This document shows, piece by piece, positions 57,659 through 64,000 of a stretch of DNA of 64,000 nucleotides. The notes under the pieces are model-generated. The model worked only from the letters and a program-made list of their open reading frames with translations, was not told the origin of the DNA and made no database searches. A program made the position numbers and the translations under genes. Source of the DNA: Minisyncoccota bacterium (lineage in GTDB: Bacteria > Patescibacteriota > Minisyncoccia > JAHIHE01 > JAGLIN01). Position 1 is the stretch's first letter. The number at the start of each line of letters is the position of its first letter. The DNA is taken from positions 15,191 to 79,190 of the forward strand of contig JBAZUT010000003.1 in assembly GCA_041661265.1 (NCBI GenBank), read 5' to 3'.

Positions 57659-58912
57659 ATGGAACAGAAACAATTTATCATGGCGATCAACCAGATCTGC
57701 GATGAAAAAGGAATTCCGAAGGAAAAAGCAATGGAGATAGTTGAAGCTGCTCTTGCTGCCGCATATAAAAAAGATTACGGCAAAAAGGGGCAGGTTATCA
57801 CGGTAAAATTTGATGAGAAAACCGGAGGTATGGAAGTTTATCAGATCAAAACCGTTGCGGAAGAAGTTCCCGAAGGCGAGATCGAAGATGAATCTGAATC
57901 CGTTGAGGCTGATGAAAAAAGCGATAAAAAGAGATTCAATCCGGACAAGAATATAACTGTCGAGGAAGCAAAGAAATATCTCGATGATCCGAAGATTGAC
58001 GATGAAGTCAGGATCGAACTTCCGGTACATACTGAATTCGGTCGAATCGCAGCTCAGACTGCAAAGCAGGTCATGATACAAAGAATAAGAGAAGCTGAAA
58101 AGGAGGCCATATTCAATGAATTCAAAGACAAAGAGGGCGAAGTTGTGAATGGGATCGTACAGAGAATTGAAGGACGAAATGTTTTTGTCGACGTTGGCAA
58201 AGCGATCGGGGTGATCTATCCGATGGAACAGATATACGGAGAACATTACAGGATCGGTCAGAGACTGAAGGTATATATCGCGAAGATCGACAAAGAGACA
58301 AAAGATTCCAATCTCGTATTGTCGAGAACAAATGCAAATATCATAAAAAAAATGTTCGAGATCGAAGTGCCTGAGATCAGCAATAAAACCGTCGAGATCA
58401 AGTCGATCGCGAGGGAAGCTGGATCGAGAACAAAGATAGCGGTAACATCAAATGAAGAGGGAATTGACCCCGTAGGTTCATGCGTGGGTCAGCGTGGATC
58501 AAGGATTCAGACCATAATAAACGAACTTGGGGGCGAGAAAATTGATATTATTGAATGGAATGAGAATGTCAAAAAGTTCATTCAGCACGCACTTTCTCCG
58601 GCCAAGGTGTCTCGAATTGATATCGACGAAAAGACAAAATCCGCAATGGCTTTTGTTGCGGGAGATCAGTTATCGCTTGCGATCGGAAAACAGGGACAGA
58701 ATGTCCGGCTTGCAGCAAAGCTGACCGGCTGGAAGATCGATGTTGTTGAGAAAAGAGAAAGCGACACCGAGAATGAGAGCAAGCAGGAAGCCGCTAAGGC
58801 CAACGATGACGTGGCGGTAAAAAGCGAAAAAACGGAAGCACCTGAAAAAGACGAAGAAAAGTCAGATGAGTCGAAGAAAAAGAAGAGAAAAAGCAAAAAA
58901 AATGCGGAATAA
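57659..58912 (+). CDS. nusA: Transcription factor NusA
   Basis: FGRIAAQTAKQ, AREAGSRTK, LSLAIGKQGQNVRLA; start moved to MEQKQF. Confidence 0.97.
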   Translation: MEQKQFIMAINQICDEKGIPKEKAMEIVEAALAAAYKKDYGKKGQVITVKFDEKTGGMEVYQIKTVAEEVPEGEIEDESESVEADEKSDKKRFNPDKNITVEEAKKYLDDPKIDDEVRIELPVHTEFGRIAAQTAKQVMIQRIREAEKEAIFNEFKDKEGEVVNGIVQRIEGRNVFVDVGKAIGVIYPMEQIYGEHYRIGQRLKVYIAKIDKETKDSNLVLSRTNANIIKKMFEIEVPEISNKTVEIKSIAREAGSRTKIAVTSNEEGIDPVGSCVGQRGSRIQTIINELGGEKIDIIEWNENVKKFIQHALSPAKVSRIDIDEKTKSAMAFVAGDQLSLAIGKQGQNVRLAAKLTGWKIDVVEKRESDTENESKQEAAKANDDVAVKSEKTEAPEKDEEKSDESKKKKRKSKKNAE

Positions 58913-58963
58913 GTATTTGAAGGTCTGTTTTGGGTTTAATCAAATAATAACATAATCAAAAAA

Positions 58964-61045
58964 ATGAGTACGACAATCGCAGAAGGAGCTTTAAGCGGGA
59001 ATACCTTACTGTATTCTGCTCCGGTAGCCGCTATGATCGGTTTAGCGGTCGCAGTATATCTTGTTTATTATATTATGAAGCTTGATGCCGGGACTGACAG
59101 AATGAAGCAGATCGCATCGGCTATTCAGGAAGGTGCAATGGCATATCTGAAAAGACAATACAAGACCGTTGCTATAATCGCAGCTATATTGTCGGTCGTA
59201 ATTGCCATTGCCATTAACGTCGAAACAGCGATCGCATTTGTGATCGGAGCGGTTATGTCCGCAGGCGCAGGATTTCTCGGTATGAGTATTTCAGTAAGAA
59301 GCAATGTGAGATGCGCAAACGCTGCAAAGGGAGGTATGAAAAAAGCTCTCGATGTAGCATTTAAGGGTGGCGCGGTTACAGGATTGTCGGTTGCAAGCCT
59401 TGCACTTCTCGGTGTCAGCGGTCTTTTTATATTTTTTGGAGCCAATGAAGGAGCTGTGGAAAAGATCGTAGGATTCGGTTTCGGCGCTTCGCTTATCAGC
59501 CTTTTCGCCAGGATAGGCGGAGGGATCTTCACTAAAGCGGCTGATGTCGGTACGGATCTTGTTGGAAAAGTTGAGGCGGGAATTCCGGAAGACGATCCAA
59601 GAAATCCCGGAGTCATTGCGGACAATGTCGGCGATAATGTCGGCGATTGCGCGGGTATGGCAGCTGACCTATTTGAGACCTATGCGGTCACTGCGCTTGG
59701 CGCAATGCTCATCGGAGTCACGGTTATCAGCACATATCCGAATGCGATCATATACCCCTTGGTCCTCGGTGCGGCTGCGATAATCGCTTCGATCGTCGGC
59801 ATATTTTTTGTAAAACTCGGAAGATCCGGGAATATCATGGGCGCGATGTATAATGGTGCGATCATTGCAGGAGTTATATCTCTGCTGTTCTTTTATGAGA
59901 TAACTGTAGTTTTGATGAAAGGTGATATGAATTTATTCATCAGCGCTCTTGTAGGTCTTGGCGTGACAGCGGCAATGATCATAATCACTGAGTATTATAC
60001 TTCAACGGAATACGGTCCCGTCAGAGCGATCGCAAATGCTTCGGTTACCGGCCCCGGAACGAATGTTATCACGGGCCTTGCTGTCGGACTTCAGAGCACT
60101 GCATTGCCGGTGCTGGTGATATGCGCAGGAACATTGATCTCATATACTGTTATGGGAGGCGGAGTGCTTGGTCTATATGGCGTTTCCGTTGCAGCGGCAG
60201 CAATGTTGTCTGTTACGGGTATAATTATCGCTATAGATTCATATGGACCTATAACTGATAATGCCGGCGGAATTGCGGAAATGGCTGAATTATCCAAAGA
60301 GGTCAGGGACATAACCGATCCATTGGATGCTGTCGGAAATACGACAAAGGCGGTAACAAAAGGTTATGCGATCGGTTCAGCCGCGCTTGGCGCACTTGCG
60401 CTATATTCGGCATATAGCAGCGAGATAACGAAACTGAGCGGAGGAGTGCCATTGGAATTAAAACTTTCGGATCCCATGGTGCTTGTCGGGTTGCTTATCG
60501 GAGGCATGATACCATTCCTTTTCGCCAGCTTTCTGATGGGCGCAGTTGGAAGAGCCGCGACAACCATCGTTACGGAAATAAGAAGACAGTTTAAAGAAAT
60601 TAAAGGCATAATGGATGGAACCGGAAAACCTGATTATGGACGATGTGTTGACATTGTTACAATAGCCGCTCAGAAAGAAATGATAATTCCGGGACTGCTT
60701 TCCGTACTTTCTCCGCTCGTGGTCGGTTTCATTCTCGGTCCGGTGGCATTGGGGGGCCTTCTTATTGGCGTGATCATTTCGGGTCTCTTGCTTGCTCTCA
60801 TGATGACGACTGGAGGTGCTGCATGGGACAACGCAAAGAAATACATCGAATCAGGTCATCTTGGAGGCAAGAAATTGCCGGATGGAAGCAAAAACCCGAC
60901 GCATGCAGCCGCTGTTGTGGGTGATACGGTCGGAGATCCGACAAAAGATACAGCAGGCCCCGCGATCAATCCGTTGATCAAAGTAATGAACATTGTTGCC
61001 ATATTATTCGCTGCTGCCATACTGAAATACCATATCTTCGGATAG
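58964..61045 (+). CDS. hppA: Membrane-bound pyrophosphatase, predicted K+-independent H+-PPase
   Basis: [26 protein letters not shown] (Lys at the K+-determinant site). Confidence 0.93.
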   Translation: MSTTIAEGALSGNTLLYSAPVAAMIGLAVAVYLVYYIMKLDAGTDRMKQIASAIQEGAMAYLKRQYKTVAIIAAILSVVIAIAINVETAIAFVIGAVMSAGAGFLGMSISVRSNVRCANAAKGGMKKALDVAFKGGAVTGLSVASLALLGVSGLFIFFGANEGAVEKIVGFGFGASLISLFARIGGGIFTKAADVGTDLVGKVEAGIPEDDPRNPGVIADNVGDNVGDCAGMAADLFETYAVTALGAMLIGVTVISTYPNAIIYPLVLGAAAIIASIVGIFFVKLGRSGNIMGAMYNGAIIAGVISLLFFYEITVVLMKGDMNLFISALVGLGVTAAMIIITEYYTSTEYGPVRAIANASVTGPGTNVITGLAVGLQSTALPVLVICAGTLISYTVMGGGVLGLYGVSVAAAAMLSVTGIIIAIDSYGPITDNAGGIAEMAELSKEVRDITDPLDAVGNTTKAVTKGYAIGSAALGALALYSAYSSEITKLSGGVPLELKLSDPMVLVGLLIGGMIPFLFASFLMGAVGRAATTIVTEIRRQFKEIKGIMDGTGKPDYGRCVDIVTIAAQKEMIIPGLLSVLSPLVVGFILGPVALGGLLIGVIISGLLLALMMTTGGAAWDNAKKYIESGHLGGKKLPDGSKNPTHAAAVVGDTVGDPTKDTAGPAINPLIKVMNIVAILFAAAILKYHIFG

Positions 61046-61104
61046 TTGAAATAATACTATCGCAGAATAGGCAATATTAACGACTGAATTAACTAAAATA
61101 ATGC

Positions 61105-61521
61105 ATGAGTAAAAAAACGAAATTCAGCAATACTGCATATTTGTTGTTATCATTGTCGTTTTTATCGGCCATAATCTATGACGTAAGAATAGTATCTATC
61201 GAACAAATAAGCGAATATTTCGGTTTTATTCCCTATATTCCATATTTATTTATTTTTACGATTATCGTTTCGCTATTCGCATCTCAAAAAATAATCGATC
61301 TTTATGAAAAAAGTGCAATGTCGTATTGGGAAGACCTTATCTTAATATTCCCAAGTATTATTATTACGCTGATTTCATATTCGTTATTATTTTCATTTCA
61401 CATTATTTCTTTCGAAATAGCCTCAGACAAAATGGTATATCTGTTTATGTTTTGGTTTTTTGTTTATAAACTCGGAATAAGTGCTAAAATACATAGAAGA
61501 GAAGACCTCTCAGATAAATAA
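61105..61521 (+). CDS. Hypothetical four-TM membrane protein
   Basis: Hydrophobic, AT-rich ORF. Confidence 0.6.
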   Translation: MSKKTKFSNTAYLLLSLSFLSAIIYDVRIVSIEQISEYFGFIPYIPYLFIFTIIVSLFASQKIIDLYEKSAMSYWEDLILIFPSIIITLISYSLLFSFHIISFEIASDKMVYLFMFWFFVYKLGISAKIHRREDLSDK

Positions 61522-61545
61522 TTAAATTACTAAATAATAAATATA

Positions 61546-62835
61546 ATGAAAATATCGGTTAAAAAGCTTCCAAAGTCATTGGTCGAAATATCGGTCGAGG
61601 TCGGGAGCGAAGAGATGTCTAAGAATATGGATGCTTCAGCGAAGAAAATGGCGGCGGCGGGTACATTTGACGGTTTCAGACAGGGAAAAGCTCCGGTTGA
61701 TGTCGTTTATCAGAGGATTGGCAAGCAGAAGATATTTGAGGATGCTGTTCAGACGACGATCGAAAGATCATATGGCAGCGCGGTAAAAGACAATAAGCTG
61801 ATCCCGATCGGTTATCCGAAAGCTGAGATCAAAAAAGCGGCTATCGGGAATGAGCTGATCTTCGATCTTGTTGTAACTGTACTTCCGGAAGTTAGATTGG
61901 GAGATTATAGCAAGATAAAAGGAAAGGCAGAGGCGAAAAAAGTTACAAGCGAGGACGTTGAAACTGAGCTTAAGGCGCTGCAAAAAAAACGCGCAAAATA
62001 TATCACAAAAGAAGAGCCGGCTTCAAAAGGCGACAGAATTGAGATCGATTTTGAGTCGAGGTTGAACGGCGTAAAGGTTGAGGGCGGAGAAAGCAAGAAT
62101 CATCCATTGGTTCTTGGCAACGGGATGTTCGTTCCAGGTTTTGAAGATAATCTCGCGGGCATGAAGAAAGATGAATCGAAAGAATTCAATATTATATTTC
62201 CAAAGGATTATTATAAAAAAGAGCTTGCTGAAAAGAATGTGAATTTCAAAGTTACTATGAAGCTGGTTCAGAAGGTCGAGCTTCCGGAGCTTAATGATGA
62301 GTTTGCGAAGTCTATCGGTAAATTTGACACTCTCGAAATCCTCAAAAAGAACATTGAAGAGGGGATCAGCATGGAGGAGAAAATGAAAGCAAAAAATGAG
62401 ATCAGAAAAAAACTTATCGATGAGATCGTTGAATCGTCTAAAACCGAGATCCCGGATGTTTTGATAGAGTCGGAAAAGGATAATATGATTCATGAATTGG
62501 AACATAATGTATCTCATATGGGAGTTGAGTTCGACATATACCTCAAAAGTGTGAATACGAGCATAGAAAAATTACGGTCCGAATGGTCCGAGCAGGCTGA
62601 GAAAAGAGTTAAGGCGAATCTTGTGATTGGAGAGATCGCCAAAAAAGAAGAAATAAAAGCTACTGAACAGGAGATAGAAGAAAAGGCGAACGAAACGCTG
62701 AGATGTTATCCGAACGAGGAAGAAGTGAGAAAAAAAATAGATATAAACAAGTTTAAAGACTATATTGCAGGAACTATCATAAATGAGAAAGTTTTTGAAC
62801 TCCTGGAAGACATCGCACAAAGGAATGCCAAATAA
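61546..62835 (+). CDS. tig: Trigger factor
   Basis: GFRQGKAP, FVPGFEDNL, FPKDY; upstream of clpP. Confidence 0.96.
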   Translation: MKISVKKLPKSLVEISVEVGSEEMSKNMDASAKKMAAAGTFDGFRQGKAPVDVVYQRIGKQKIFEDAVQTTIERSYGSAVKDNKLIPIGYPKAEIKKAAIGNELIFDLVVTVLPEVRLGDYSKIKGKAEAKKVTSEDVETELKALQKKRAKYITKEEPASKGDRIEIDFESRLNGVKVEGGESKNHPLVLGNGMFVPGFEDNLAGMKKDESKEFNIIFPKDYYKKELAEKNVNFKVTMKLVQKVELPELNDEFAKSIGKFDTLEILKKNIEEGISMEEKMKAKNEIRKKLIDEIVESSKTEIPDVLIESEKDNMIHELEHNVSHMGVEFDIYLKSVNTSIEKLRSEWSEQAEKRVKANLVIGEIAKKEEIKATEQEIEEKANETLRCYPNEEEVRKKIDINKFKDYIAGTIINEKVFELLEDIAQRNAK

Positions 62836-62859
62836 AAAAAATAGGCAAGCACGTTTTTA

Positions 62860-63078
62860 TTATGCTTCCCTATATGAAACGCCCGAAATATCATTGATAT
62901 GGACCCATCCTTTGTGAGTCTGGTATTTGTTAGCGTCGAGCTTGAGATAGACTATGTTGTTTTCGATTTTTAATATGACGCCTTCCAGTTTATGGCCCCC
63001 GGACAAAAGCAGGGTTATATCAAACTTATTGCTTGCGAGAGCCTTGAGTTCTTTCAATGCAGTTTTGGTTGCTTTCAT
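62860..63078 (-). CDS. Small Sm/Hfq-like fold protein, 72 aa
   Basis: GAGGA SD; helix then ITLLLSGGHKLEGVI...VHINDISGV. Confidence 0.55.
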   Translation of the reverse strand: MKATKTALKELKALASNKFDITLLLSGGHKLEGVILKIENNIVYLKLDANKYQTHKGWVHINDISGVSYREA

Positions 63079-63213
63079 TCGATTATCCTCCGTATCGATA
63101 AAAAGAACGTAACACAACTTAATTAATTTGTCAATAGCATGTTTTGTAATAAACATTGAGTGAGCGTATGTAGTTTTATAAAAATACACTTTAAATAAAA
63201 TAAAATAAATAAT

Positions 63214-63789
63214 ATGAATCTGATACCAACAGTCATTGAAAAGACGAATTATGGAGAAAGAGCTTATGACATATATTCCAGGCTTCTGAAGGAAAGGATC
63301 ATTTTTCTGGGCGGCCCGATCGATGATAGTGTGGCAAATACGATCATCGCGCAACTCCTATTCCTGGAAAAACAGGATCCGAAATCCGATGTGATGTTTT
63401 ACATAAATTCTCCAGGAGGTGTTGTGACCTCGGCGCTGGCGATCTATGACACCATGAACTATATCAAGTGCGATGTCTCGACGGTTTGCGTCGGCATGGC
63501 AGCTTCGGCAGCATCGCTGCTTCTTTCAAGTGGAGCGAAAGGAAAGAGACTTATCCTTCCAAATGCCGAGGTTTTGATCCATCAGGTGATGGGTGGCGCT
63601 GAAGGACAAGCAAGTGATATCGATATTTCGGCGCGACACATTCTGAAAATGAAAGAGAGGCTGAATAAGATCCTGGCGCACAACACGGATCAGCCGATCG
63701 AGAAGATCGAGAAAGATTCGGACAGGGATTTCTACATGACCGCGGAAGAAGCTAAGAAATACGGGATCGTGGATAAGATATTGAAATAG
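63214..63789 (+). CDS. clpP: ATP-dependent Clp protease proteolytic subunit
   Basis: [28 protein letters not shown]. Confidence 0.98.
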   Translation: MNLIPTVIEKTNYGERAYDIYSRLLKERIIFLGGPIDDSVANTIIAQLLFLEKQDPKSDVMFYINSPGGVVTSALAIYDTMNYIKCDVSTVCVGMAASAASLLLSSGAKGKRLILPNAEVLIHQVMGGAEGQASDIDISARHILKMKERLNKILAHNTDQPIEKIEKDSDRDFYMTAEEAKKYGIVDKILK

Positions 63790-63838
63790 ATTTAGAGGAC
63801 GCATATGCGTCCCTAGTTTAAAATGTTAGTTAAAAATA

Positions 63839-64000
63839 ATGAAATATAAATTCAATGATCTATTTGATGAAAGTGATGGAACTTTAATGCCCAAAAAAAC
63901 TATTAAATTAAAATCCGTTACTCTCAGTCCATCAATAACCTTTAAAAAGGGAGTCTCATTTAGCGGAATAGATATATTTGATTTTAAAGATATGGATATT
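63839..64000 (+). CDS. Hypothetical protein (3' partial)
   Basis: Open frame MKYKFNDLF... to the window end. Confidence 0.5.
   Translation, partial: MKYKFNDLFDESDGTLMPKKTIKLKSVTLSPSITFKKGVSFSGIDIFDFKDMDI

Noticed and set aside
63079-63354. N-terminal extension of the 164-aa minus-strand ORF
   Set aside because: It overlaps clpP and its upstream region; an SD supports the ATG at 63078.
63795-63814. Palindrome GGACGCATATGCGTCC after clpP as a mobile repeat
   Set aside because: Single copy in the window and adequately explained as a 3' hairpin.

Overview
Chromosomal segment of a bacterium. The gene content and order (short Smc, rpsU-yqeY-ybeY-dgkA-ftsA-ftsZ, rpsP-khpA-trmD without rimM, split comEC, dprA-topA) resemble Patescibacteria/CPR (Parcubacteria-like); this taxonomy is an inference. 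From about 17 kb to the end the window is mostly housekeeping genes plus a few accessory genes. The main finding lies at 2.5-16.8 kb: five sigma70 promoter / leader-peptide / attenuator units, none of them in the ORF track. The leaders carry Val (VVVV), Ile (IISIII), Cys (CCCC), Phe/Tyr (YFFYF) and Phe (FFFF) runs. Only the Ile unit leads straight into a biosynthetic gene (archaeal-type cimA). The Cys and Phe units are each followed by a non-canonical tRNA-like RNA whose anticodon matches the sensed amino acid (GCA and GAA). The Val and Phe/Tyr units control small proteins and hairpin arrays. A second candidate is an ~370-nt promoter-and-terminator-bounded ncRNA between dprA and pth, with two 105-nt three-way-junction domains displaying CCUCCU loops. 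Also present: a C-terminally truncated nrdD, a BacA-like prephenate decarboxylase, a permuted PEP-synthase-like phosphotransferase and nested REP-like elements. All RNA structures were paired by eye, and protein calls rest on remembered motifs, not database searches.
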